Below, piece by piece: positions 25,749 through 40,552 of a DNA stretch of 44,760 nucleotides. Within the stretch, counting starts at the first letter, position 1. Every line of letters begins with the position of its first letter. Made by a program: the position numbers and the translations under genes. Source of the DNA: Bigelowiella natans CCMP2755. Lineage: Eukaryota > Protista > Cercozoa. Location: positions 1 through 44,760 of the forward strand of contig ADNK01003215.1 in assembly GCA_000320545.1 (NCBI GenBank). The letters run 5' to 3'. Below the pieces are notes generated by a model. It saw only the letters and a list, made by a program, of their open reading frames with translations. It was not told where the DNA came from and did no database searches.

Positions 25749-26739
25749 ATATATTAATATTATTTATTTATTTCCTTAGAGGGAAATGGTTACAGGTGTT
25801 AGCATTACTGATGAATCTTGCGTTTTATATTTGCGGCTTATGTCTTTCCGTGGTCTGTTCTCGTTTGAGCAGAAGTATAACCGGCCTGAATCAGATATAT
25901 ATCGGATGTCAGAGGCACTCTCCAAAGTCTTTGATAAGAAGTAACTGCTATTTATGTTGTATTTTATATGGCGACGCCACCCGCATTTATTTTATTTCAT
26001 CGAGAGCTAGTGATTGATGATCACGTGTACCGTGGCTAGTTTGCGCGTGTGTGTACGTCGAATGTGATGATTTCCGTAGACTGATGTACTATCATTTCTT
26101 CAGATATGGAAAATTAAGCAAATTGTACACGAAGAAGTCACGGTGATTCTTTACCGAAGAACACAACAGCGACGAACAACAATAACAGCAACATCACAGA
26201 GATGCACGCGTGCGTGTATGATGTGCACGTGCATGTGCATGTGTGGATGTTTTGGTCTGTTCGTCGTGCACGAAATATGACATGCGGTGTTAATATGCAT
26301 TTTGTGCGCGCGCGCGCGTGTGTGTGTGGTAATTGTGGTGGTGTACATGACAGTAAGAAATCGCAGCATCAGCGTGAAATAGGACGTAAAGACCGGTTAA
26401 AATTTAAAGATCTGATGACAAAGGTCGGTACTAAATAACAATTCCAATCAATGTCAATTAGACGTCACATACACAACACACACACGCAATTTGCATGATA
26501 GACACAAGTGAGCAAACACTCCTCGCTTTCATTCGGATTAGTACAGCAGCATCGGTTACTATTTTTCTTCGCTTTCTGTTACGCTCCCCCTCCCCTCGAT
26601 CGCGTCTGTCTTTTTATTTGCCTATGTTATTGTTGTGTTATTATGATCACGGTGCCTAATTATTATCATCATTATATCAGCTATCGGGTGAGCAGTTATC
26701 TGCTTTGGTTGGAAACCTACGTGAGCAATGCCCCGGGGT

Positions 26740-26799
<60 letters not shown>

Positions 26800-27036
26800 C
26801 ATATATGCGACGATTGGTAGTAGTGGTAGTGGTAGTAGCAATAACCGAAGAAGAAAAGAAACATGAAAAAGAAGGATCCAATGTGCTTGCAGCACTACTG
26901 GGTATTTTAGATCATTTGGAAGCGTAGAAGACACTCACGCATGTGTGCTTCTCGCAATCAGGCACTGAGCAAAGACGCGGAGGCTGTGGAAGTTCAGATT
27001 GATAGAATAGACTCGGCGACGCTACTGGGTTGTGGC

Positions 27037-27071
<35 letters not shown>

Positions 27072-27176
27072 TAATATTGTTGTTGTTATTGGTAGTAAAA
27101 GCGATGATGAAGATGATGATATGATGATGATGATGAGGATGATGATATGATGATGATGATGAGGATGATGATGATG

Positions 27177-27207
<31 letters not shown>

Positions 27208-27402
27208 GGATGATGATGAGGATGATGATGATGGTGTCGTCTGGTTTGCAATTACATCTATGTAACATATTCGGACCTGTGCCCTTTAATATCCATAAGT
27301 ATCCCAAACTAATTATTGATGCCCCAATGCATGAAATCTTCAGACCAGCTGCAGTTCTGCCGAGAATGCGTCAAGCGCAATCGACAAGGCAAGCATATTC
27401 AG

Positions 27403-27438
<36 letters not shown>

Positions 27439-27808
27439 TAGCACAATGGTTGATGTTCCATGGATAACAAAATTCCATTGAGTTTTGCTGTGTGAATTTG
27501 AGCAGTGTTTACCTGAATTTCGTGCTTTGTATCTATGCTTCTCAATCAGTTCGAAGAATTTACTTTATTTATTCATGCTCATTTTGTTCTCTCTCTCTCT
27601 CTCTCCCTCTCTCTCTCTCTTTCTCTCCCTTTCCCTCTTTTTCTCTCCTCACTACCTCTTTGCTTCACTCACGACCACGCGGGCACGCACGCTCGTATGC
27701 AAAAGTTTCTTTTTTAATATTTGTTGGTTTGTGTTTCTGGGCGTGTTGTCCATATCATTAGGAACAGCATATTCAGTCCCTGCCTCAAAGCGATTAAAGC
27801 ATAGATAA
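24473..27808 (+). CDS. Single-bromodomain + extra-terminal (ET/NET) domain protein (BET/GTE-like)
   Basis: CLDILKNLQSRQEAGPFLEP|VDWKRFDLPNYPLIIKR|PMDLGTIE|RRIFDSFYATSDEFAEDVRLVWANAQ|KYNRPESDIY (bromodomain with conserved YN). ET-like region: DRLKFKDLMTK|LSGEQLSALV...VEVQIDRIDSATLL. The last exon depends on a GC donor at 27389. Confidence 0.9.
24600..24667. repeat. Intronic (GA)n microsatellite, representative of dozens of (TA)n, (CA/TG)n and (GA/TC)n tracts across the window
   Basis: About 30 GA units in the first intron of the bromodomain gene. Confidence 0.95.
27038..27233. repeat. Intronic (GTT)n and (GAT/GAG)n arrays
   Basis: Directly visible; lies between ET-domain exons. Confidence 0.93.
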
Positions 27809-27950
27809 TTGTCGTTGCAGTTTGTCGCACATGCTCTTCTACATCCGTCAATACTTCCGTCAACATGACATTGCATCGTTTTTGTAGCCATGTTGTGTGG
27901 AACATTACCATTTTCGAATAGAATATCATTGCGATGTTATATCATGTTAT

Positions 27951-28985
27951 TTGAAGATTCAATTTCTTGCCAGCTTGTCATTCCTTGTTGGATTTGCTTT
28001 CGTGGCAAAGACTCCGGGGATCACACTATGCATGCGCACTGCGCCGAGCTTCCGTGGCGCAATGACGATGTGTGACTACTGCTGGTGTTGTGCAAAAATG
28101 ATTGCACTCAATGCATTCAACGCATCTGGATGCACACAAACATGCACACACACACACACACGCACACACACGCATGTGCCATTAGCTACTTGTGCGAATG
28201 TTCTGGACGCTTCAAGTCGGAAACTCTGCTAGTCTGGCAACGATGTAGCGCGACAATGCATCGTTCGCTTCTAGGTTGTTGGGCTTGCTAGCTTGTTCAA
28301 GGTGGTTGGCGGTGGACATCGCATGACCACAGTTAGACAGCTTTCTGGCCTTGCTAGCTTGCCCTGGTGCCCACACCAGCACACGTGTGCTGGCATGTAG
28401 CGTGGTGCATCCTAGCATTCCATCGATCACTGTGCTGCTGTCTGCTGTGCACACTCTGTGGGCGTGACCAGTGGGCAGACCTGACACGCAAGCGTGCCGC
28501 TTCCTGGCGTTGAATCGATGAGAGCTTTTGAATGGATGAATGAACGTGTTCATCTAGTCATGCGCCACCACCGTCCCATGTGGAGCGGTTGAACGTTGTT
28601 TTGACCTATTGTTTCGATGAGTGAACACTGCTTGCAATTGCAACTTTCGTTTGGATGATCATGTCTGATTTTCGCTGACCAAGCTAGCAAGCGTTCTCTT
28701 GATTTTTCCTCATTGTTCACAAGAGCACTTGATTTTTTTGCATCAATTCCCACGAATGCGTCAAAGTTGTCTGTTGCGTTGCATTGCATTTCATCCTCGA
28801 AGATGCCATTTTAGTCTTTGTGGCGGAACCGTGCACAAAGGCTGAGCCCATCCGTCATGGATGTGAGGAGCATCCAGGCTACTCGGAGAGCGGATCTTGA
28901 AAAATCTCAACGGTCTCATCTTTTGGGTTTGTTGATCAAGAAGAAGGGAGGGGATTTTGAACCCAACGACATGCTTTCCTTGCTC
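27951..28985. other. TpA-depleted intergenic tract C
   Basis: Manual count: 17 TA in ~1035 bp, 7 in CTAG, 10 in CTA/TAG half-contexts, none in other contexts. Confidence 0.9.
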
Positions 28986-29196
28986 ATTTACATGATTTTG
29001 GGCGATGGTTCGTCTTGTCGTTGTTGCCAAATGCACTGCGTTTTCAAGCTCAAACACCTTCCTTCTCCATGGCCGTTTCCGGTGAATAACGCCACTCGGA
29101 ACGTTCCCCCCCCCTCTTCTCCCTTAACTCGTCTTAGTGCTCTACGAGGGAGGCGGACAGTGCTAATCACATCAACCTCTTCACCTCTTCTCCAAG

Positions 29197-29748
29197 ATGA
29201 CGGCCTCGGCATCACCGTCGTGCAATGTGCGAGTGGCACTCCGGGTATTCCACTAAGACTTCTATGTGTAAGAAAAAGAGCAGGAAAGTTTATATAACTG
29301 CCGGCGGGGATGTCCTGAGTAGTCGTTGATGATATTTGCCATGTGAGTGGTATCCTTTCCAACTAGATCCATGCTACTTTCTAGGTTCGGCCGCTGTCGA
29401 TAGCTGAGAAAGCGAGGGGTGAGACGGAGTGCATTTCCCATCCGAATCCTAACCAGGTTGAAACGAAGGAATCGTATGATGATGATGATGTTAAGCTTTT
29501 GGACGACGACCTAGCATGTAACTGTACTGTGGGTGATAAAATACATATATATATATATATATATATATGATAGGTGCAGATCGGCAATAGGCCTTTCACG
29601 TTCGACAAGGTCTTTAAGGACAATGCGAAGCAAATAGAGGTGTCACAATAATGTGGTTGAACAAATGAGGATATACAACTCCTACATTCACCGTCTCCCC
29701 ATCTCACTCATACTCTCAATTGCTCTCTCTTGTAAATATATCATTAAT

Positions 29749-29805
<57 letters not shown>

Positions 29806-30199
29806 TACATTAGCTGTATGGAGGCTGCGCAGAACCGCTTTTGAACGAGTTCATGAAGGGCTACAATGCGACAATTCTAGCCTATGGACAGACGGTGAGA
29901 ATAATGAACAATGAGTTCCGTCCTAACAATGCAAAGCAATCAGAATTTTACTTATAGCCAACAACTACACTTACAAATACTGCTGCTGTTTGTTTGCGTC
30001 TGGGTGTTATATTTGCATACTGACAACATCTACAATGTATCTGTATTGTTTAGGGGAGCGGGAAAACATACACAATGGGGACATCTTCAACTAGGAACAT
30101 CATAACCGAAAACTTGGTAGATGTTCGTACGCACTGACCAAATAATCTATCCAACGGCGGTTCTCTTGTAAATTTTTTGAATACGCCTGAGACATACAC

Positions 30200-30246
<47 letters not shown>

Positions 30247-30392
30247 CACAACGTACAAACACGTTTCAGGGAGTGGTGCCTCGTATCGTGGATGGAATCT
30301 TTAAGAAAATCGACGCAGCAGAAAAAGTAGCGGCATGAAGAACTGAACTCATTACATCGCATAATTAGCTACAAACTCGTATTCATATGGCC

Positions 30393-30430
<38 letters not shown>

Positions 30431-30608
30431 ACACACAACCAGGAAGGAAAGCACAACTTCGGCTTAAAGATATCGTTTCTCGAGATCCACAGAGAGGTCG
30501 GTCGGTGCTCTTGTAAATGTCACTCTTAAAAACCAGTCAATTTAAGCTTAATTCAAACACACACACACACACACACAAACACATAGAGAGATAGAGATAG
30601 ATAGAAAG

Positions 30609-30658
<50 letters not shown>

Positions 30659-31127
30659 TACAAACATAATTGCACAAAGACACACACACACACACACACA
30701 CACATACAATATATATATATATATATATATATTATCAGCCTACACACAGATTCTAATGATGCTATGTTCCATGCCGCTTTATTGCAAATTGCAAACAGAA
30801 CATCAACGATCTACTGAGGCTGGGGGATGGCGGCAATAAACCTTCTATCCGAGAGGAAAAATCAGGTACTGCGACGAGAGAAACATGCAATGTTTAGACC
30901 AGAGACAGCATTGTAAAAGCGGATATGCTTGTGTATTTGCTCTGGCATTTTCTCATGATTAGATGTGATGCGTCGTCCTGCATAGCTGCTGCCTGCTGTT
31001 TGAGCTGCTGTCAGTATCATATAATGATGTGTGTTTCCTCTACTTTGCTCAGGTGATATCCGTGTTGATGGGATGACGGAAGTCTCAGTTACGACGCGAG
31101 AGGAGATGCTAAGTTTGCTTAGAAAGG

Positions 31128-31174
<47 letters not shown>

Positions 31175-31559
31175 CGGGGGGGTGGGGGGGGGGGATATTT
31201 CTTGCAAGTGCTTAATGTAAATTGAAGAATAGCATTTGAATATACAAATTTTTATAAGTGCGTGCGTGTGTGCGAGTCGTTTTAGCTACCGATTTTTGGT
31301 TGTCTTCCTCGTTCTGCAAGTAGTTATGAATCATCTTCTCAAATGATGGTGTGACAGGGTACACTGGCACGAGCAACCGCCTGCACCGCGATGAACGTAA
31401 CAACACTAAATAAATATTACTGTGTAATACATATAAATATATTTTGTATTATTTATCAAAATGTCATCGACGTGTGAGATTTCTGACGCACAAACACAAA
31501 ACACAAACAGAAATGTTGTAGATAAATTCTATATATATAATACATATACATATATATAA

Positions 31560-31605
<46 letters not shown>

Positions 31606-31838
31606 TGTCGATCCAATCAGACTCAATCTTCGCGGTCGCATGCCATCTTTACCGTTCATATGACGATGACTATGGCTGCTGCCAAACGTTCCAAGAAGGA
31701 GGTTAAAGCCTCATCTGAAGAAAAGAGAGAAGGTAATCTTGGAGAGTTGAGCTCTGAAGACGCCGTACCTGTATCTAAAACAGAAGGCTCTGAAAGAAAA
31801 GGTAAATATACTTCTCTCTCTCTCTCCCTCTCCCTTTC

Positions 31839-31878
<40 letters not shown>

Positions 31879-32975
31879 ACACACACAGCGCACACGCGCA
31901 TCATCCTTGGGGGAAATACTCTGAAGAAATAACCACATGTATCGTGTGCTTATCAACTCCTATGTATGCGTCTCCGCAGTGGATGAGAATGAAGGCAGAA
32001 TCCCAAATCCCGACAGCAAAGATGCAAAGCAAGCCTTAGAGGGGTGTGAGAGCGATGGAGAGGATGATGATGACGACCGTCTCATTGAGGTATACCCAGC
32101 CCAATATTGCATCTACTTCGATCTAGCGAATCTCCCTATGTTTTGAGAGAATTTGGCCTGCTGTGCCCCGTATGCGTGCGCGCGTACGTGCGCTATTGTT
32201 TGTGTTATTTCAGGATGTGATAACGGCGAAGTTCCACTTCGTTGACCTTGCAGGGTCGGAGAGACTGAAGAAAACCAAGGCAGAGGTCTTTCAGCTACAA
32301 CTCAACACAACACAACATCCTGGCCAGCACTATACACTATATACCATCCAACTGCGGGGGGGGCTGGCGCACTGAAAGCATCTAATAACATCTCTTATTA
32401 GGGCGAGCGGTTGAAAGAAGGAATAAATATAAACTCCGGGCTTCTAGCACTTGGCAATGTCATCAGCGCTCTGGGTTGGTTCGCGCCATTTCTGATTATG
32501 AGTCATATTCAAACCCTTCCCACGCATGCACGCGCGCGCATTCATCCCAAATGATATGTTTCAATTCGACTGTTTTGCTCATCCTAGCTGCTTTTTTTGG
32601 TTGCAGGCGACCCCAAGCGCAGGGGGGGGCATGTTCCTTTCAGGGACTCGAAAATCACACGATTACTTCAGGATTCCCTGGGTAGTTTTGCTACGAAGTG
32701 GGGGGCCTTTTGGCCTTTTATTTGATGTGCGTAGGCTTGTCTTCGTGTTGGTTTTCAAGTAGATATAGATGAGATGCAGCTATCACAAAACATATCCAGT
32801 TATTTTCGCACCGCCTGATTCTATAGCTAATGACTACTGTGTTTTCTGCTACTTTGAAGGGACAATATTTCACGTGGGGGGATGATGTGTGTGTTTGCTT
32901 GTTCATAAAACAGGAGGAAATAGCCAAACGCTGATGATCGCTTGTGTATCACCAGGTAGATTACACACACATATC

Positions 32976-33021
<46 letters not shown>

Positions 33022-33824
33022 ATTTGGTACATATATTATATTTCTATGTTTATGAGAATCATGTTTAGAAGCAGAGAGAGAGAGAGAGAGAGAGAAGGAG
33101 AGGGGATGAAATTATAGCTGGAAATGTCCTAAAAAGGCGAAGGAAGTTTGGAGGAAACCGTCAATACACTAAAGTATGCTAATCGAGCCAAGAATATCAA
33201 AAACAAGCCCATAGTCAACAGAGACCCCATTGCGGAAAAACTGGGTATGTTATGCGTCATTTAGATATAAATGGAATCATTGTTATTCGTTGGTTTTCGC
33301 GCGGTATTTCTCTGCGGCTCTCTCTGCCCTCAATACTCTGCATCATGAAAGGAGGATGGTGGAGAGGTACTTAATCGGGGCCAATAAGACAACCTCGCCA
33401 TTATAACCACAATTTAGAATCGCAACGAAGACGCATTCAAGAACTCGAGTCGCTGCTGCTCAAAACAGGCCGAATGAACGCTTTCCAATTCGATGTACGT
33501 TTGTCATGCTAACCCAGATATTATATATATACAACAGTCAGTGTCCATTTATTTTCCCTTGAGCTTTAACAATGATCTAGGTTGGGGAGGAGCAATACGA
33601 GGTTATGGAGAAAAAGGCACAGAGGGCGGCGGAAGAAGTGGAAGCTCTTCGGCTACAAACCGAGCAGCAAAGAAAGCGCATCAGCGAGCTTATGGAGCGA
33701 TGTCATGCCTCACAAAACATTAGCAAGAAACACACAATGCACACACACAACACACGTGTAGGAACTTTGAGCAGAAGGCGTCGGTATGATTGGTGAAATA
33801 AATAGATGCGGATTTTTTGTCTAA

Positions 33825-33861
<37 letters not shown>

Positions 33862-34013
33862 TGCCATCATTGCAACGTCGGCGTCCAGCATCAAAGACAT
33901 ATAGAATATACTAAGTGATGTGTGCACACAGGCTGTGTAGCTGAAACGGAACGAGATTACTACTGCGAACAAGTACCTAATAAAACTGAGCTGATTCATA
34001 AAGATCTTATTTA

Positions 34014-34055
<42 letters not shown>

Positions 34056-34705
34056 TATTATAATAGATATTATACACAATGTACTTATATTTACGTATTT
34101 GCCACCGTGTTTACCAGCTCGAAAAAGGTGATATCGGCAAGGAACCCCCACCCGAAAGCAATCCTGAGTCCGGTCAACCCAACGCCAAAGAAAACAACAC
34201 CACCAACGCAGAGACGCAGCCTGATGGGGGTGCTGACAAGACAGCCCCCCTCTCTGATGACAGGGGCCGGCAAGGAAAGGATCCAGCGCCAGTAGCACAA
34301 CAAGATACAACGTCGATAGAGCACCACGAAGATTCAAAGGGAGAGAAAAGGGAAGCTATGGCCAAGAGCTCCGCCGAGGGCGATAATAACACGCAGAAAG
34401 ACGGAGGAACGTTGGATCTTGATGCGAATACACATGATCAAGCTCACGACGCCGTGGGGGTTGAAAAGGAAGCTAGCTCGGCGGGGAGGGCGGGGGGGGG
34501 CCAGAGCCGTGGTAATGCAGAGACAGGGACATTTCCGGAGGGTATTCGTGGAAATGAGCGCAAACAGCAGATCTTCAAGTATCTTGAGGCTATCGCAAAG
34601 CTCGGTAGTACATGCTTTAGTAATTCGTCGCGTGTTATTTATGCGGTTGGGGTAAATCTACTGCTACTACTGCTGCCGCTGCTGCTGCTATGATTGTAGT
34701 TGTAA

Positions 34706-34772
<67 letters not shown>

Positions 34773-34787
34773 TTCTCTCTCTCTCTG

Positions 34788-34821
<34 letters not shown>

Positions 34822-36405
34822 CTGTGCGCGTGTGTTTTATGTACGGTGCTGCATGTTTTCATGCGTGTGTGTGTCTGTTTCAATGTTACAACACGCTGTA
34901 CCGCCCATACTCATCATCACGCGTTCTTGAATACTCGTAGAGGAAACAATCAAACTGCAAGCCGCCGAGCTCGAAGCTCAGAATGACGAAATTGCATCTC
35001 TCAGTATGTTGTCAGAAAAATGCGCCATCATTGAAGCTTGTCGTATGATTTTGCTTCATAATTTGTTACGTGGATTATTGCATAATATCGTATGGGTGCG
35101 TGCGTGCGTGCGTGTGTGTGTGTGTGTGTGTTTGTGTGTGTGTTTAGGAGAAATAAACACAAGACTCCGAAGTCAGGAGCGGACTTCATCGGCACCAACT
35201 TCATCATTAAAGAAGACGACAGTATGGCTAAGAATCCTATCTACGTTCAATATATGACTACTATTTATTATATTTTTAATGATGTAAGCATACATATATA
35301 CATATCCACATGTCCAAAACCAATTCTAAATGATCCTCTGAAACAGAGCGCACACCGCCGCGAGGCATCACCTTCATCGGTAAGTCCCCCACATGCCTTA
35401 AGTACGTACGCTATCTATGGGCGTTGAAATGACCGATCAGAAACAGCCAATGCTGTCGCGTTTAAAATAGTAACTCACCAAGTGCGCTGATGACTGCTTA
35501 CAGTTAGCCATTAACTATCTGCACTTCCACATGAAGGATGGAGAGCTCATCCGCAAGAGAGGTCGCGAGGGTGCCAACGCTGGCATTGAGGACAATGGAG
35601 CAAAAGAACTCAGTGCGTCTGAAAGCGAATCCAATAGAGGTAAGATCTCGCTGGTCGCGTGTTAGGGTATGCTAAGATACTCTGAGAAGAAGGAAACAAA
35701 TTGGATTCAATAAAAATAAAAATACATTAATGATAATCGATCATAATGTATATATATATATATATATATATATAAATATAAATATATATAAATACATATC
35801 CATGCTTTAGATGATGCTGAGGACGTGGAAGTTGTAGTTGTACCGGCAAAACGCGATGAATCTGGAGAACGTAACGTTGACGAAGATGGATAGAATACAA
35901 CTAATCAACTTACGATGACACGCGCTGCTATCCAATGCTGATATTTCGGGTATTATTGTGAGTGTGGGCTTGAGGACGTTCATTGTTATAGGTGACATCT
36001 CTCCTGTTCTTAAAAGCCGGAAAAGAAGGCCGGTAGATGAAACATCAGTGGCGGAAGCTAAAATGCTCAGGTTTGGTAGTTCTAATGCGCTATACTGCTA
36101 TAGCAGTAGATACAACATATGAAAGAAAAACAAATCTTGTATACTCTTGGATTGTGCACCAAACCTTCTATTTGCCCCGCGCCGAGCATATTGGAGTTGT
36201 TAAAAATGGGAAGCACGCGGGTGGAATACGTCTATGTTGGTGACGATGATGATAATGACGATGGACGACGATGATAATTGTACCCTTGTGTTCTTGGAAT
36301 GAAAGGTTTGAAGCAAGAAGTCACGATTTAGACCTTGAGATTCGACAGAAAGAGGAGGAAAAAACCAAGGTATTATTTTGCCATATGCTCTCACACACAC
36401 ACACG

Positions 36406-36449
<44 letters not shown>

Positions 36450-37053
36450 AGAGAAGGGAGGGGGGGGAAGGGGTTAAGAGCTCATGCTACATGACTCTTT
36501 CTAGATTCGATTTATATCCCTCATTCAAACAACTAGATGAATAAATTAGTGTGTGTGTGTGTGTGTGTGTATGTGTGTGTGTGTCGCTTCACGTGTTTCT
36601 GTTTGTGAATGTATCGATTAGCTAATGACGGAGCTGATCTCGATGCGACAACGCGCGAAAGAAATGCAAAAGAACTACGAGGTGATGGCTTGCAACCGAT
36701 TTATGTCGGTTGCATGTAGATAAATCGCTGTCTTTGTTCTGACCCCCCCCTCCCCCTTGTTACCGGGTAATGCTCAGGTTAAAATCCAGGAGCTTGAGAC
36801 TGCCATTCGAATGGTGCAAGAGGAGCATGACAAGACTCTGAGAGAACTCAATAAGAAAGATGGGAAAATCGTGCAAGAGAAAGCAAAACTTGAGAGGGTG
36901 GTGCTTTAGCGTTAAACATCCAACTCTTTATTAGATCGCATTCATTGCATATGGAATTTCCCATCTTTTGCCTATTTGCGATACGGAGCATACCGTAAAC
37001 TTCAAAGTATCAACGGATATATACGCAAACCATGCGCGCGCCACACACACACA

Positions 37054-37096
<43 letters not shown>

Positions 37097-37892
37097 CATG
37101 AGCCTCATGCGTGCGGTGATAACAATAGTGACATTAACCCTTGGTTTTGCCGCTTCATCTTCCTGTAGGCCTACGAAAAGAAGATGCATATGATGAAGGG
37201 CGACCTCGCACAGCTTAACAAAACGAAGAGAGACCACGCACGGTACCAGAGAATCAGGAGCAATAGCCGTCAGTAGTATGGAAATTTGCCTTGAGCGTGT
37301 CTGTGTTTGGCATACTGATGAGCTTCCACGTTCGATAGATCATATGTTAAAAGGAAAGGGTGGTAGAACGACTGAGAAAATATAAAGCATTATTATTATA
37401 TCTAAAAAACAGCATTCCGCTCATACAACAACTCTTCCATTTCGCTTGTATATGACCGAGACTGGCACTGACAAGTTTACCACTGGCTTGTTGCACGCTG
37501 ACCTTCAAGATCGACTTTCCAATGGCGTTGATAAATGCAAACATATCCATGTGCTGATTCCCCTTGCTAGGCTGATGCGTGGCCGCACGAAAGACGAACT
37601 CCGCATCCGCCATTTAGAAACGGTAATTTGAGGAGGGAGAGTCTTATAGAAGGAGCGTTTTGCTCAATCCACACTTGTACTCGTTGTCGATAGCAGCCTC
37701 TCGAGGCAGCAGCAGCAGCAGCAGCAACAGCAATAGTACCAGCCAGATCATCAGTCCACGCTGCTTTTTTGGATTCATTGTGTAGGAAATATCAACAGCA
37801 AAGCAGGAGCGGCTATCGCTCAAGCAGAAGATAGTAGCTTCGAGAAAGGAGTTCAATCGAATCCATAGGTAAGTGATATGGCTTTCAATTCT

Positions 37893-37983
<91 letters not shown>

Positions 37984-38179
37984 ATTATATGTTAAATTCC
38001 AATATCCTTCGTTTATTGTGTAATCAGGGAGCGTGCAACGGAGCAGCGACATTTAATGAAAATAGCGCAAGAAAAAGAGCGCAAACTCATCTCACTTTCT
38101 CGAAAGTCCTCGATCACAACCATATCAACAACGCCAAAAAAGGAAAAATTAACGCTACAACGCTAGGATCCCTATTGAA

Positions 38180-38218
<39 letters not shown>

Positions 38219-38768
38219 GACAACACACACCAGCACGCACAGAATTATTGCACGAATAATTAGGCTCAATCAGCAGAAGATTGCGTTGGATCGAAGAACT
38301 ACGGAAAAGAAAATATTACATGAGAAACTTAAAAAATTCACACGCCGTCCCTCGCCAGGGCCAGGGAAACGAAGATCCGAAGTTCCTGGTAGTTGTTGTT
38401 GGAAATTCGGAAAGGCGGAAAAGGGGGGGGAGGGGGGGGGGGAGGGGATTTTGAATTACAATACAACCCTAGCCTTATTTAGTATTGCGATTATTATCTA
38501 TATCCGGTTCGACTGCACGCATGGTGACAGTTGTGCTCTCGTGTCGCTTGTTGGTGAATTAACAACCTCCAGGAAGGCTCTCGGTGCGAAATCGGGAAAG
38601 GCTTGAAGAGGAGATAAAGGCTGCTTGTGGGTTCCAGAGACTGCGGAAACGACTCGCGCAAACGATCCAGCGGCGAGATCATACCATCCATCAGATGGGT
38701 CTTTTGAAGTTGAAACTCCAAAATAAAGCAACGGTAATTTCCTCTTCCTTGCGACCGAACGCAATTAT

Positions 38769-38828
<60 letters not shown>

Positions 38829-39163
38829 CATATATATACATCCCGTTTGATTCTCTTAAATGGGAACATTTTTTACCTTAGTCGGTGGTGGGGGAAGACA
38901 AAAATGATGACGAGGAAAAGGTAACGATAGGCGATAAAGTGTCTTTTTACTTCTATTATATGACTGCGGTACCTCTCTCCTCCTCTCCTTCTCGCCCATC
39001 AAAGGAACGTCTCGATTCTTTGAAAGAAAGGAAGGACTATTGTACGCGCCTTGTCATTGAGCTTCAGCGTAAGATCTTAAGCTCCTCGCACAGCAACACC
39101 AAGGGTAAAGCAGAGAAACAAAAAACCCCGTAATATTTATGACTGAGTGATGATTTGTGTGCG

Positions 39164-39206
<43 letters not shown>

Positions 39207-39360
39207 GTGCGTGATGGGTTGTGTTATTAGGTTGCTTGGATGCCTCCCTCTTCCAACGAATACCGACTCTTTCTTCCTCTCGCCTTAGCAACCAGCAAGT
39301 CCACCAAGGTGAGAATTAATTGAAGAAAGAGAAATTCCATGTTTTACTAATTAGATTGTA

Positions 39361-39437
<77 letters not shown>

Positions 39438-40552
39438 TTGTATGCATTATGAATACACAGCTATCTTATTCCTTATGAAGCTCGTTGTGAAGGTACAACA
39501 ACTCGAATATTGTCGTCCCCAAAAAGCCTAAAACTTAATCCACACTCGCAATCGTCAAAGGAGTATACAACCCATCTTCTATTTTCTGCCTATTGGCCAC
39601 CAGGTGAGTGGACATCTCTCCACTGTAAACGCAAAATCACGTTCCCGATCCATCAACGACGACGGCATGCCGAAGGACAGGAACCAAGGAAGAGCTTCAT
39701 CGCACTTCGTAGAAGACCCTGATGCGACTCCGCGTGTGCCGAGATCTAATAGTGGCATGGTTACCTCCTTTGCAGGGTCGCCACCCTGTGCAGCAACGAA
39801 ACAGCAGCACCATCGCCAACACCAAGTATTAGAATCTACTGCTACAACGGCTGCAAGTACTCCCATTCTCATCCCCTCCTCCTCCACCTCCTCCTCCTCC
39901 TCTGCCATCGGTAAGATTGCTGCTACACCAACTTTACAAGTGGTTGGGACCAATCCGTCCGCTGCCACGTCGCCTACAATTACGACAGCAGCCATAGCAA
40001 CGACGGCGGCGACAAGAACGGCAGGAAGTCCTTCGATAATAGCGCCCTCGAAGAATAAAGTAACGGAGACCAAAGAGCTTGGGAAACTGATCCACCAACC
40101 ACCATCCCACCATACCTTTGGAACAGGGGTAGCTTCTAGTATGCTGGTGAAAAGGCTCAATCTTAATCAGGTGGTAGTAGACCTTAAAACACAGAAGTGT
40201 GTCATCAATGGAACTATGCGTAATTTAGCTCGCCAATATCCATGAATTAATGTAGGTACCTGCCCCAGTGCGAAGAGATCCTCTCCCAAACGTCACACCC
40301 CCCCGTAAAGCGACCATTAAAGCCAGCCCTCCATCTAAATTTAGTGCAGACCCACGAAAAAGGGTGAAAATGGAGCTTAATGCATTGCGATCCGACCCTG
40401 TGGAACGGGCAAAGCTGATAGAGAGAATAAGGAAGATGAAGCGTATAAAGGAGAAGGAGCGCCGCGAATACGCAGTAGCAAAACAGCAGCGTGCGTTAGC
40501 AGCAGCACAGATTCAGCATGGGATCAACAGCAAATTAGGTGGCCGACGATAG
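29197..40552 (+). CDS. Kinesin-4-like (KIF4/KIF21/KIF7-27 type) N-terminal motor with long coiled-coil stalk; many exons
   Basis: NVRVALR|[22 protein letters not shown]|GSGKTYTMG (P-loop), TAMN|[10 protein letters not shown] (switch I), [19 protein letters not shown]|[25 protein letters not shown] (switch II), [18 protein letters not shown]|[39 protein letters not shown]. Coiled-coil exons follow to ~39300, then an S/T/P-rich exon and a stop at 40552. Stalk exon boundaries are less certain. Confidence 0.92.
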
